Origin: the human T2T-CHM13v2.0 reference genome, Homo sapiens
Direction: 5' to 3' (one strand)
Assembly: GCF_009914755.1 (NCBI RefSeq)
Contig: NC_060925.1
Length of the DNA: 64,000 nt
The number at the start of each line of letters is the position of its first letter. Positions within the stretch are counted from its first letter, which is position 1. This document shows, piece after piece, positions 1 to 12,475 of this stretch. The position numbers and the translations under genes are program-made. The notes below the pieces were generated by a model. It was not told where the DNA came from and ran no database searches. It worked only from the letters and a program-made list of their open reading frames with translations.

Positions 1-742
1 ATCCTGCAGCTTACTAATCTCTTTCTGTAATTCTAGTAGCTTTGTTTGTATTATACATTCCATCAGATTTTCCACCTAGGTGTTCATGTTGTATGTGAAT
101 AAAGAGTATTATTTCTTTCTTTCTATACTGAATGACTTTAGTTTTATTCCTTGTCTGATAGGACTGGTCAGAACTTCTAGTACAATGATGAATAAAAGTG
201 ATAAGAACAGACATCTTGTCTTTTTCCTGATTTTAGGGCAAAGCAGTTACTCTTTCACCATAAATAAATATAATGTAAGCTATAGTTTTTGTAAATAACC
301 TTTATTAGGTTGAGAAAATTCACTTCTATTTCTAGCTTACAGATAGTTTTCATTAAGAATGAATGTTGGATTTTGTCAAATTCTTTTCCTGTAGATATAC
401 TGTAGGGTTTTTTTCTTTTTGAGTTTGTTAATATGATAAATCACATTGATCTTCAAATGTTAAACCAACCTTTTATTCCTGGCACAAGTTTCATTTAATT
501 ATGATGTATTACACACTTCATATATTGCTGTATTTGATTTGTTATAATTTTGTTTAGAATATTGTCATTTATTTTCATGATGAATATTTGTTATAATTTT
601 CTTTTCTTGTTATGGCTTTGTCAAGTTTTGGTATAAGAGAAATACTGGCCACAAACAAAGAGTTGGAAAGTATTTACTCATCTTTATTCTGGGGAAGATT
701 TTTTAGTAGAATTGGTATTATTTATTCCTTAAATTCCTTTTA

Positions 743-982
<240 letters not shown>

Positions 983-2138
983 TTAGTAGATTTACTAAAG
1001 ATTACTTTAGATTTAGATTTGCCAAATTTACTTGGGTTTTTAGCAGATTTACAACTATTCAAGTTATATATTTATTCCTGAGTGAGCTTCAGTAGTTTAT
1101 ATTTTTCAATGAATTAGTCCATTTCTTCTAACTTGTCAACCATATTGGCATAATGTTGTACATAATATTCTCATATTATCATTTTAATATCCGTAGAATT
1201 TGTGCTAATGTCACTCCTCTCATTTCTGATATTTGTTCTTTGTGTCTTTTCTCTTTTTTTTCTTGATGGTCTGGCTAGAGGTTTATCAATTTTATTATCT
1301 CCTCAAAGAACCGGCTTCTGGTTTTATTGGTTGTCTTTATTATTTTTCCTTTTTTATAGCATTGATTTCACTCTGATCTTTAATGGTCCCTCCCTTCCTT
1401 TATTCTGCATTTCATTTGCTCTTTCTTCACAAGTTTCATAAGGTTGAATCTGACATCATTGATTTGAGATTTTTCTTTTCTATTATAAGTCATTAATACT
1501 AAAATAAAGGCTCTAAGTACTGATTTAGTGGCATCTCACAATTTTTGATATGTTGTTTTTAATTTTCATTCAGTTCAAAACACTTTCCATTTCCCATTTT
1601 TATTTTATTTTTGACCTATGGGTTATTTAAAAATGCGTTATTTAGTTTTCAAATAGTTGGTGATTTTCCAGAGAGATCTTTCCATTATTAATTTCTAATT
1701 CAATTCCATTATGGTCAAAGAACATACTTGTATTGCTTGGATCCTTATATATTAATTGGGACATCTTTATGGCCTAGAATGTGATCTATCCTGGTAGGAG
1801 ATCAATGTGCATTTGAAAAGAATGTGTATTCTGTTATTGTTTGTAGCATTTTATAATTGTCAATTTGGTCAAGTTGATTGATTGTGTTGTTTAAAACTTC
1901 CTAATCCTTACTAATTTTGGTTGTTCTGAATTCTTTGTGAGTTTATCTGCTTCTTCTTGTTGCTCGATCAGTATTTTTTTTTTCATGTATTTTAGAATTC
2001 TGTTATTAGGTGCATACACATTTGGGATTGTATGTCCTCCTAATGAGTTGACTTCTTCATCATTAAGAAATTGCCTTCTTTATCCCTGGTAATATTATTT
2101 TCCCCAAAATATATTTTGTCCGATATTAATATAATCAT

Positions 2139-2525
2139 TGATATGGTTAAGCTGTGTCCCCACCCAAATCTCATCTCGAATTATAATCCCCACATGTCAA
2201 GGGAGGGACTTGTAATCCCCAGGTGTTGAGGGGGGGAAGTGATTGGATCATGGGGGTGGTTTCCCCCGTGCTGTTCTCGTGATAGTGAGTGAATTCTCGT
2301 GAGATCTGAGGGTTTTAAAACTGGCAGTTTCTTCCTGAGCTCTCATTATTTCTCCCTTGCCACCTTGTGAAGAAGGTGCCTGCTTCTCCTTTGCCTTCTG
2401 CCATGATTTTAAGTTTCCTGAGGTCTCCTCAGCTATGTGGAACTGTAAGTCAATTAAACCTCTTCCTTTATAAATTACCCAGTCTAGGATATTTCTTTAT
2501 AGCAGTGTGAAAATGGACTAATACA
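2139..2525 (+). mobile_element. MaLR solo LTR, THE1D-like
   Basis: TG..CA ends (tgatatggtt...ggactaataca); ctgtgtccccacccaaatctcatctcgaatt; decayed 5-bp TSD atcat/gtcac. Confidence 0.9.
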
Positions 2526-3621
2526 GTCACTCTGACTTTCTTTTGATTAATGCTTGTGTGGTATATGTTTTCTTAACCTTTTATTTTTAACCTATATGTG
2601 GCTTTATATTTAAAGTGTGTTTCTCGTGCAGATGGTATACAGTTGGGTCTTTTTTCTTATCCAATCTGATAATCTCTGCCTTTTAATTGACACGTTGGGT
2701 TATTATGAGGGTTAAGATATATGCAAAGATAAACATCAACTAACTCTTCCCCCTACCTCCTCACCCTCTCTGTTGTACATCTTTTAATCATTTACAATTG
2801 ACTTCTCATCATGTCTCCTGTTGTGGCCCTTATTACAATACATATGTATATGTTTCCGTGTAATCCTCTGTTCATTGCCCATTTTCCATACTAGCAACTT
2901 GAAGTCCCAGGCTGGAAGATGCTAGTAAATGTATTAATGACTGAGCCTCCCTGCATGGTGCCTCATCATTGTCTGCATGAGACTGAGGAGCGAATTCCTG
3001 ACCTTGACTGCCCAGGTCAGCTGCAGCTAGAGAGTAAATGGTAGAGCTTTTTGGGGATTTCCCTCACTCTATAGCCTCACTGTGGTTCAGTGAGTCTTCA
3101 ACAAAGATAGAGATTGTGTGCAAGCTAAAGCCTCTGCCATGCAGCCTGCATACAAAATCTAGTCCTGTGAGACTTCCTCCTGCTGTAGCATTGGGTCAGG
3201 GGCTCCAGGTGGCTCTCAGGGTGGACAAATGGAACTATAGCTGTCCCTGTCAGCATCACGCATGGCCCTCGTCCTGAGCGGTTAGAGCAGGAATGTGCAG
3301 ATCCCACAGTGATCAGTTAACAGCCCCACTGACACATGCTCTGTGCCAGGCCTGTCCTGGGCTCAAGGGCCATAGGGATGGGTTAGACATCACCCTTTCC
3401 CTTTGGGAGATCACAGTTTAGGGGCTGATGGATGAATCACAGTCTAGACCCAGAGAGTGAGTGTAACTCAGCACAGGCTCCATAGCCAGGCAGTGGGTGG
3501 GGTTGGGACAGAGCCCAGGGCTCCTGAAACCTGGGCTGCCCCACCAGGACTTGCTATGCAGGTGCCAGGCTAGCATTAAGGGCCAGGCAATGTTTTCTGT
3601 GGAAAGATCCCGACTTACAAT

Positions 3622-4290
3622 TGTGTCTGGAGTTGGTTCCTTCCGGTGGGTTTGCGGTCTAGCAGACTTCAAGAATGGAGCCGCCGACCTTTGCGATGAG
3701 TGTTACAGCTCTTAAAGATGGCACGGACCTAAAGAGTGAGCAGTAGCAAGGTTTATTGTGAAGAGCGAAAGAACAAAGCTTCCACAGCGTGGAAGGGGAC
3801 CCCAGTGGGTTGCCCTGCTGGTTAGGGTGGCCAGCTGTTATTCCCTTATTTGTCTCCTCCCATGTTCCGTTTCTGTCCTATCAGAGTGCCCTTTTTTCAA
3901 TCCTCCCTGCAATTAGCTACTTTTAGGATCCTGCTGATGGGTGCATTTTACAGAGCTTTGATTGGTGCGTTTTATAGAGCGCTGATTGGTGTGTTTTACA
4001 ATCCTCTTGCTAGCTATGGAACACTGATTCGTGCATTTTTACAGAGCACTGATTGGTGCATTTTACAATCCCCTTGCTAGCTACAGAACCCTCTTTGGTG
4101 TGTTTTACAATCCTCTTGCTAGCTATGGAACACTGATTCGTGCATTTTTACAGAGCACTGATTGGTGCATTTTACAATCCCCTTGCTAGCTACAGAACCC
4201 TCATTGGTGTGTTTTACAATCCTCTGGAAAGACAGAAAAGTTCTCCAAGTCCCCACTTAACCCAGGAAGTCCAGCTGGCTTCACCTCTCA
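3622..4290 (-). mobile_element. ERV9 solo LTR, LTR12 family (LTR12F-like)
   Basis: Minus strand reads tgagaggtgaagccagctggacttcctggg...accaactccagacaca; perfect 4-bp TSD CAAT (3618-3621/4291-4294); U3 CCAAT repeats. Confidence 0.93.
3988..4225. repeat. 109-bp tandem repeat (~2.2 copies) in the LTR12 U3 enhancer
   Basis: ggtgtgttttacaatcc begins at 3988, 4097 and 4206; the copies are nearly identical. Confidence 0.9.
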
Positions 4291-4429
4291 CAATGACAAT
4301 TGTGAATGGAGATGAGATCAGGATAAAACAGACTTGACCAATAGCCATCCCCCACCAGGTTCTAGGCACCCGGTAGCTGTTCTCTTTGTCCAATGTTATC
4401 AAGTTTTGTCCTCAAGAAACGCCCTGGAC

Positions 4430-4860
4430 CAATCAGGAATTTTTGAGTTGAAAGTAACAGAATACAAAACAAAACAAAAACCAACCAAACAAAACCAGCT
4501 TAAACAAACGTGGGAAGTCAGTGGCGCAGCTGACCAAGAACTACAGAGCTTTGACCCTGGGTTCAGGCCTGGGATCCAACTCTTTGGCATTCTCTCCTCT
4601 CTCCATGTGCTGCCGTCCTTGCTGGTCCGTCACACCCTCACTCTGCAATGACCATAACAGAGAGTCTATTCTGGGAGCTCCTTCTGAAGACAGGGGTGGC
4701 TCCTTTTTCCCAGAAACCCCAGCGAACATCTCCTCCTTTTACATTGATCTGAACTGGGTCATGTGCCATTCCCTTAACCAATCACTGTACAGCAGGATAA
4801 GATAGAATGACGGCTTAGGCCAATCAGAATCCAGCCCTGGAGCTGAGGGTGGGTCGTTCA
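4430..4860 (-). mobile_element. Old MaLR LTR (MLT1K/L-like)
   Basis: gaactgggtcatgtgccattcccttaaccaatcactg...ttaggccaatcagaatc typical of antisense MLT1. Confidence 0.6.
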
Positions 4861-5329
4861 GGCCACAGAGGGAGAGCACAGGGTTGGTCTGGAGGACTTA
4901 GTGGAAAGCGGTGAAATGGAGGCTGGAGAGACAGCAAAGCCCTAAGACAGACGCCATCGCCTGAGATCATGAATATGATCCAGTCAGTCAGAACCTCCCC
5001 CACCCCCACTGTTCCAGCCCTGTCTCCATGTCCTGCCTTATGGCAAGGCCTGCTGCTTAGTGGTGTGGAGTTACCCTCCCCAGTGCTGGCTCATGACTCC
5101 ATTCATTTGCCCTTGCTGTACCCTCCATTTGGTATTTCTCTCTTCCCTGACATATTAGATCCGTGGTATGATGTCAAGTCACACATAATTGGGTCCGTCC
5201 TTGTTGGGGGTTCCCAAGACTTCTTGTACCCACCACCATCATGTCACTTGCAACAGTTACAGTTATGTTTCTAGGTCATGTCTGCCCTCTCCAGCCCCCA
5301 AATAAGCACACAGAAACACACACACATGC

Positions 5330-5441
5330 AGCTGGTGAGTTCCTTGAAACTATGGGCCAAGTCTTAATCTCTTTACTGCCAGCCTCTAGCTACTATCTGG
5401 TTTACCGAAGAGACTCAGTAAATATTTGTGGAATGAATGAA
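5330..5441 (+). mobile_element. L2 3' end
   Basis: ctcagtaaatatttgtggaatgaatgaa terminus. Confidence 0.7.
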
Positions 5442-6650
5442 CATAAGTTATTTTTGTTGAATACATGGTTGTTGTGAGGTATTTGCATTTTTATGAAGGA
5501 CAAAGCCGCAAGCCAAAGCTCCAGCGGAGGGATTTCAGGCACCAGTGAGCTAGGCCTGGAAGTCTATTCTATTGTTTAGTGCCTGGGGAAGGATATGACT
5601 GTCACAGCAGGTGGAGTCTTCCATTCATTGCTTTCCAGTGCAAAAGTGGGAAAACAATCACATTGCCTCCTGAAAACAAAAGTGTGTCATGGAAACAAAC
5701 GTTTCTGTTTGTTTTCTTGCGGGGAGGAAAGTTCTCTAGTCTTATCAGGTTTTGCTGCCATAATTTGTGGACAGAACGCTCCTTCCTGACACCTCTGTGG
5801 GGTGTGAAGGCAATGAATGCCCTGGCTGACTCTCCACCATCTCAGCTCTCCAACCTCTCATCCACTGAGCCCCGTCTGCAAGCAGAGCCCTGCCTAGGTG
5901 GGAGGAGTCTGACGTTAGCTAGAGGTTGAAAGAGCCACACTCAGTAGCCAGGACATTTCAGCATCACAGCCACAAACTTGGCTGCGTCTCCTGAGCTGAT
6001 CGTGGCCTAACTTGATCACCGGGCCCCTTCCTGGTCCTCCAGCTGAGCCCTCCTGGCACCAAAAGCTCCATGAACCGACCAGCCTCTCTATCCTCAAGCT
6101 TGTCTCTTCCAGCCTGCCCTCTGTTTGGCCCAAGAGTGCTCCTCAGCAGCACAAAGGGGCCCTCTCAGCTGGAAATCCTTACCAAGACCCATGGTGCTCC
6201 TTGAGTCACAGTTCATGCCGAGGCACAAACATCAGCCAGGTACACAGCAGGCAAGCACCCACCCCTGCTTTGGCACCTGCCCTTCTCTCCTCATTAGACT
6301 GGTGAGCCCTTACATCTCAGAACCCAGCCCCCGTGGAACTGTCCCTGTAAACTTTATGAAATTAATCAGGAAAAAGGGGAAGAGGAGAGATAAAAATAAA
6401 CCAAGCTTGCAGCACATTCAGCATTAATCATTAGGTCAATGTCCTCTCTGACCTACTTCCTCCTAGTTGTTTGCTGCCTATTGCCCAGAATCCCATAGAA
6501 CCTAGATTATAGTTCCCCTTAACTGCTCTGTACATAACAACTTGAGCATTTTGAAACGTTAAGTTTACCATTTGAGATATTCTTTCAGGACCTGCTTGCT
6601 GATGAAACTACTGACATCAGCTGGTCTAAAGAACCCCACAAGGAGCTGAC

Positions 6651-7421
6651 TGTGGAGAAAAAGTTAAATATTAAATTTGAACTCAACTGAACATGGACAC
6701 AAGCAATGGTCACCAAGTGCCGGAACAGGTTGTGTGAGCTCCTTGAGGCGTTCATCCAGCACTGTTTCAGAGAAATCTCTATTTCAATCTATTCCTATAC
6801 GTTAGTTATTAAAAAACAATAGACAGTCACAAAAACAAGTTGACCTTTTTGTGTTCCTTGAGCCCGGTCGGGAAGGACCCTTGTGACTGGGCCTCATGCC
6901 AAACAAGTCATTACAGAAAGAGCTAGGGTCTCAGACTGCCCTGAAGCTTCATGAGACCTCTCCTCGTGTGTGCACAGATGAGTGGCCAACTCTGGAGCCA
7001 AGGCTGTTGCTTCCCAATCTGGTGGTGAATCCTCCATACACTGGTGAGTTCGGTATCTGACCCTGGAGCCTGGGCTGTTGCTTCACAGTCTGGTGGTAAA
7101 TCCTCCATAGTCTGGTGAATGCGGTGTTTGACTTTGGAACCCAGGCTGTTGCTTCCCAGTCTGGTGGTGAATCCTCCATAGTCTGGTGAGTGTAAATATA
7201 CATATATATATATATATCTTTTCCCTTCTCCCCTTCCCATTACAATTTGTTATTATATCATGCGCTTATTATATCGATTTGCTTATTTATATTAATTTTC
7301 TTATTATATCCTTTGCTTATTAGATTTTCATTGCCATTTACGTGGCATAAAGTGTGTTTACCCTTAAAGATATTATGTGTGTGGCTTTTCTTCTCCCCTT
7401 GCGTGTCTCCTGTACAGAACG
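6651..7421 (+). mobile_element. Nested ERV1 solo LTR (PABL_A-like)
   Basis: Starts tgtggagaaaaagttaaatattaaatttgaactc and ends acagaacg; 5-bp TSD CTGAC (6646-6650/7422-7426); family name from memory. Confidence 0.7.
6992..7192 (+). repeat. 71-bp tandem repeat, ~2.8 copies
   Basis: Units start at 6992, 7063 and 7134 (ctggagcc-aggctgttgcttcccagtctggtggtgaatcctccatagtctggtgag). Confidence 0.92.
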
Positions 7422-7789
7422 CTGACTGACCAAAGAATGCAGTTTTTGCATCCTGATGAATTCATCCCTCTTACCTCCTCCAATCAATGACCCCAATTTT
7501 CTAGCCCCTCGCCCTCTATGGTCCCCTTAAAAACCTCAGCCCAGAACACCTTGAGGACATGGATTTTAGGGTTCCTCTCATCTCCCTTCATGGCCCAGTG
7601 ATCATGAAACTCTTTCTCTGCTGAAAACCATGCTCTCTCAGTGTATTGGTCTGTTACTGTGCAGTGAGCAAAAAAAACTGTTGGTCTTGTAACACCGACA
7701 TTTTCTCTGCATAATCAAATAAAATAATTGCACCAAGCCCCTTCCCTACTACCATTATAATAATAGTAGTAGCAGCAGTAATTATATCT

Positions 7790-8030
7790 GTCATTTCTAA
7801 AGTATACTCTATGTGCCAGGACCCACTCTTGGCACTTTGCCTGCCTCAGTTCTTGACCACTTCACAACCCCTTTGTGAGTTTGACATGATTAGTAGGTCT
7901 GTTTCACAGATGAGACACATTGCGCTCAAAGAGGTCAAGGATCTAATCCAAGGTCGCACCATGAGGGTAAAAAGCAGCTGGGGTTTAACTCAGAAGTGCC
8001 TGGCTCCAATCTCTTCATTTGCTACTACTG
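7790..8030 (-). mobile_element. MIR
   Basis: tatgtgccagg...tttcacagatgag...ctcaaagaggtcaag...ccaaggtcgcac core. Confidence 0.75.
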
Positions 8031-8084
8031 TGGATCTATGATGTGCCAAATGTTGTCCAATGGCCTTCAGATAGAGCAGGAAGG

Positions 8085-8550
8085 AGAATAGCCAAACCCC
8101 TGCCCTTGTGGAGCTCACAATCTAGTATATGATGGTACAAATAATAAACAAATATATATGTAAACAATGTCAGGGGTAATAACGGCTATAAAGAAAAATA
8201 AAACAGCATCAAGAGTGCAAGAAAGTGATGAGCTGGGATAGGTGATACTTCAGGGATATCTGAGACCTAAATGAAGTGAAGGAACAAGCCCTGGTTACAG
8301 CTGAGGGAAGCACGTTCCTGGCAGAGGGAACTGCAAGTGCAAAGGCCTGAGGTCAGAATAGGCCTAGTTTGAAGATTGACAGGAGGTCAGTGTGGCTGGA
8401 GCACAGTGAGCAGATGAGAGGAGAAGGGAACAAGGTCACAGGGAGGCCTCTAGGGGGAAGGGAGTAGATCTGGGTGTGGGGGAGGGACTTGTGAGCTATG
8501 CCTGGGACTCTGGTTTTTCCTCTGAGTGTGAAGGGGAGCCACGGAGGGCT
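8085..8550 (-). mobile_element. L2 fragment
   Basis: ccctgcccttgtggagctcacaatctag; ttcctggcagagggaactgcaagtgcaaaggcctgagg. Confidence 0.8.
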
Positions 8551-8764
8551 GAGAGCTAAGGGGGCTCAAAGGTGGAATAGATACTTATACCTATTTCTGT
8601 CTGCCACTTCCATGGACTATAAGCTCTGTGAGAACAGAGAGCATCCTGTTGTATTCCCTGTTTCTAACACATAATAGATGCTAAGTAAATATCTTATACA
8701 AGAGTGTGGGAATTAATGAATAAAGATTAAAAAAATTTGAAGATCTTAAATAGGGCAAAAACTA

Positions 8765-10962
8765 CAAAAGAAAAAAATCAATAAATTGGATTTCATCAAA
8801 ATTAAAAACTTTGTGTTATAAAGACATTTACAAAAATGGAAAGGTGGCCCATAGACTGTGCAAAACATATTTTGTTTGGCAAAATACATGCAAAACATAT
8901 ATCCAGTGAAGAATTTTTATCCAGAATATATAACAAACTCTTAAAACTTGACAATATAGAGGTAAACATCTCAAAAAATGAGCAAGAGATCTGAACAGAC
9001 TCTTTATTAAAGAAGATATGTAAGAGGTCTTCAAAAAGTTCATGGAAAGAACTATGCATGGGTTTCTATTTTTTTTCGCACCAAAAAAAAACTTGTTTTA
9101 ACTTGTTATAACATGCCTGCACAAGATCTAGTGTAAGGCACAAAATCAGTTTGAAAGAGCCCCTATCAGAATTAAAGCAAGAACAAGCATTACATTTATA
9201 GTGAAGTTTTGGTGGAAGAATGGTGAAATTGTTGATGCTTTATGAAAAGTTTGTGGAGACAATGCCCCAAAGAAATTGGAGTTTACAAATGGATAGCTTG
9301 TTTTAAGAAGAACAAAACTACGTTGAAGATGAACCTAAGGTGGCAGACCATCCATGTACCTTTGCAAGGAAATAAATAATCTTCTTCATGCCCTAATTGA
9401 ATAGGACTGATTATTAATAACGACAGCCAACATTATAGACATCTCAATTGTGTTCGATGTACATAACTCTGACTGAAAAATTAAAGTTGAGCACACTTTC
9501 CACTCAATGGATGCCAAAACTGTTACAGCCAGATCAGCTGCAGACAACAGCAGTGTTTTCAATGCATATTTTAAATAAGTGGGATCAAGATTCTGAATCA
9601 TTTCCTCAAAAAATTATAACAAGTGATAAAACATGTCTTCACCAGTATGATCCTAAAAACAAGGGCAAAATCAAGGCAATGGCTACCAAGGGGTGGAGGT
9701 GGTATCGTCAAAGCAAAAGTGGACTGGTTAAGAGAAGGTCAGCATTTGGCCGGGAGGGAATACTCAGGCATTTTGCTTGTTAACTTTCTGGAGGGCCAAA
9801 GAATGATAACATCTGCTTATTATGAGAGCGTTTGAGAAAGTTAGCCAAAGCCTTAGCAGAAAAACAGCCAGGAAAGCTTTATCAGAGAGTCCTTCCTCAC
9901 TATGACAATGCTCCCACTCATTCCTTTCATCAAACAGGTAATTTTGCAAGAGTGCTGATTTGGCTCCTTTTTACTTCTTTTTGTTTCTTCATGTTAAAAA
10001 AATCAGGGCATTAATTTTGTCTTCAGTTAGTAATGTAAAAAAGACCGCATTGACATGATTAAATTCCCAGGACTCTTAAAGGATGGACTAGATGGTTGAT
10101 ATTATCACTTCAAAACTGTCTTGACTTTGATGGAGCTTATGTTGAGAGATAGAGTTTATGTTTTTATTTTTATCTTTTAATTAAAATCTTCCATGAACTT
10201 TTTGAAGTCCTCTTGTATGAATAGCAAATTAGCACGTAACAGTTTCTCAATATCAGGAGTCTTAGGCAAATAGAAATTAAAGTCACAAACCCACTAAAAT
10301 GGTTAAAACTAAAAAGGCTGATAATGCCACATTTTGGCAAAGATTTTGAGGAATAGGCACTGCTGTAGGCTGCTGGTGGAATGTAAAGCTGTACAATTAT
10401 TTTAAAAAATGCTTGGACAGTTTCTTTAAAAGTCGAACATACACCTACCATATGACAGGGCCTTTCCCCTCCTCTGTATATACCTGAGATAAAAGAAAGC
10501 ACATGCTTAAGCAAAGCCTTGTATATTACATGTTTCATTACATTTCGTTCATTACATTTTTATTTGTAATAGTCCCACATGTCCACTAATGTGTGGATGG
10601 ATAAATTAATTGGGGCATATCTATACTATGGAATATTACTCAGGAATAAAAAGGAACAAACTATTGATAAACATATCAACATGAATAAACTTTAAAATTA
10701 TTATGCTGAGTGACTCTATAATTCCACTTATAATTCTAAAAAATGCACATTGACATGCAGTGACAGAAAACAGTTTAGTTGAGGGAAGGGTAGGAGGCTG
10801 ACAAAGGGGTACAAAGAAAACAGGAAATGGGAGGAGATGAATACGATCATTATCTTGATTATGGTGATGGTTTCTTGGGTGTAGACATATGTCAAAATTA
10901 TCAAACTTTAAATATGTGCAGATTTGTGTCCATAAATTTTACTGCAGTAAAACTGTTTTTTA
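8765..10962 (+). mobile_element. Old L1M 3' end (L1MD/ME-like) split by Hsmar2
   Basis: ataaattggatttcatcaaaattaaaaact...aaagaagata[Hsmar2]tatgaatagc...ggaatattactcaggaataaaaaggaac...aaactgttttttaa. Confidence 0.8.
9021..10215 (+). mobile_element. Near full-length Hsmar2 mariner transposon with decayed transposase
   Basis: TIRs taagaggtcttcaaaaagttcatggaa / ttccatgaactttttgaagtcctcttg followed by TA; peptide remnants WMPKLL (WVPKPL), QYDP, YDNAPTH (HDNAPAH); frameshifted. Confidence 0.95.
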
Positions 10963-11419
10963 AGCCCTCAGAGCCCTTGAATGACACTGACACTTGGGGC
11001 AGGGTCCCTAGGAGTGCCTGATGCTTTCCTCAACCTGTGTGTGACCCACTGATGATCCCATGGAGAGGGTAGGAATGACTCTACGTGATATACTGAGGAA
11101 CAGGAGAAATATTTAATCCACTCGATTCCATTCATCACTTCTTTCAGGAAGATCTTAACATTTTGACAACTCTGATGAACTTGATGACTGAAGTATCTAT
11201 CAAAGTGCCACTAAAACGTCAGGCAGGACCCCACCTGTGTGCCTTGAGGTGGGGGTGCCCATAGGAGCACATTTTGTCCTGAGCTTGTCAGAAAGGCTGT
11301 TTTCCAAGGTGAGGGAGATGGGGAGGCCTGCGGAGGCTCAGGGTCATTGAGAAGCTAGAGACGCCCCAATTCTAGCTAACTATCTCCTAATAGGAGTGCC
11401 TATCAGTGCTCACTGTGTG

Positions 11420-11572
11420 ATTGGTTGAACAAATGAATTCACCTGATTGGTCCATCTGATTGGGGCCTGCTTCTGATTGGTTCCTCTTGTGATTTGCCTG
11501 CTGCAATTACAGACAGCTATCTGATTGGTTGGCAGTGATAAATGCCTCATGCCCAACCTTGGGTTATTATAA
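11420..11572 (+). promoter_or_regulatory. Cluster of five inverted CCAAT boxes followed by TATAA
   Basis: ATTGG at 11420, 11446, 11459, 11476 and 11524 (mostly ctgattgg); tataa at 11568-11572; function not shown. Confidence 0.4.
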
Positions 11573-12089
11573 GGCACCCACTTTCCTATTGTTTATTCAT
11601 TCTGTCTGCACCCCTCAGGCAGCCTAGCAGAGGCTGAGCGCCTGAAAGCTCTTGGGTTATCACTTCTTGCAGGGGATAGGGGAGAGTGGCGGGGGTCGAG
11701 TCCTGCCTCCAGTCTTACCAGTAATCCTTTCTCTTCCTGTCACCACGCAGACAGCCCAGGGGCTGATGAGGTACAGTCGCGTTTTTCCCCCTCCTATCAA
11801 TGCCTGTCTCCACCTCCTTAATCTGGTTGTATATCTGTCTTTGCCCACGGTGCTTGGACAGAGTAGCCGGGGCACCAATCCCCTGGACTCACTCTCACCT
11901 TGTGTGAGCTTGGGTGGGGGTGCTCCAGGCATGCAGGGAGACCCTCGTTTTCTCCACACCATGTGGAAGAGATGTGAGCGTTTCACTCCCTAGCTCTGCC
12001 GCGGCCACCACTGAGATTTGACATGTGGGCACTTGGAGAGAAACGGTCCCTCCTCTAGAACTCCAACCTGTAAGGCCTTTTCTGATGCA

Positions 12090-12319
12090 TCTTTTCCACA
12101 GTGAGGAGAAAGCCTTCCTAAGGAGGAAGCAAAGCTAAGAGAAGAGAGGAAGGAGACATAGCCCCAGGGAAGCGGTTTGAGCCCTTGACTTCAGCTGTCC
12201 CAGAAGCCAGTCCACTCCCCTCCACGTATTTTCCAATTATGTGGGCCAATAAATCAGTCTAGCTTTCCTTAAAGTTACTTGTTTTCTGCCACTTGCAACA
12301 AGAAGTTCTGCCTAAAACA
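12090..12319 (+). mobile_element. MaLR LTR 3' part (MLT1I/J-like)
   Basis: tttgagcccttgacttcagctgtcccagaagccag...gggccaataaat...tctgccacttgcaac...ctaaaaca. Confidence 0.7.
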
Positions 12320-12394
12320 AGCCACAATAAAGGGTCAGAGCCCAACTCCAGAAGGGTAGCAAAGTCTGGAGTGAGATGCCTGGAGCTGTGGGAA

Positions 12395-12475
12395 GGTGCG
12401 CGAGGGCGGGCGGGGACGTGGGCGGAGCTAGAGGCAGGTCCGGCGGTGCCGATCAAGGGTGCCGGCCAATGGGAG
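12395..12475. promoter_or_regulatory. GC-box/CCAAT promoter-like CpG micro-island
   Basis: GGGCGG at 12404, 12408 and 12420; CCAAT at 12466-12470; locally CpG-dense in an otherwise CpG-depleted window. Confidence 0.55.

Larger units (their letters stand above)
6334..7694 (+). mobile_element. ERV1 solo LTR (LTR26-like) split by a nested LTR
   Basis: tggaactgtccctgtaaactttatgaaattaatcagg...gagctgac[insert]tgaccaaagaatgcag...ggtcttgtaaca; the two halves rejoin colinearly. Confidence 0.8.

Noticed and set aside
6992-7192. CRISPR-like repeat-spacer appearance
   Set aside because: The apparent spacers are homologous to each other, the array lies inside an LTR in primate DNA and there are no cas genes. 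It is a tandem repeat.
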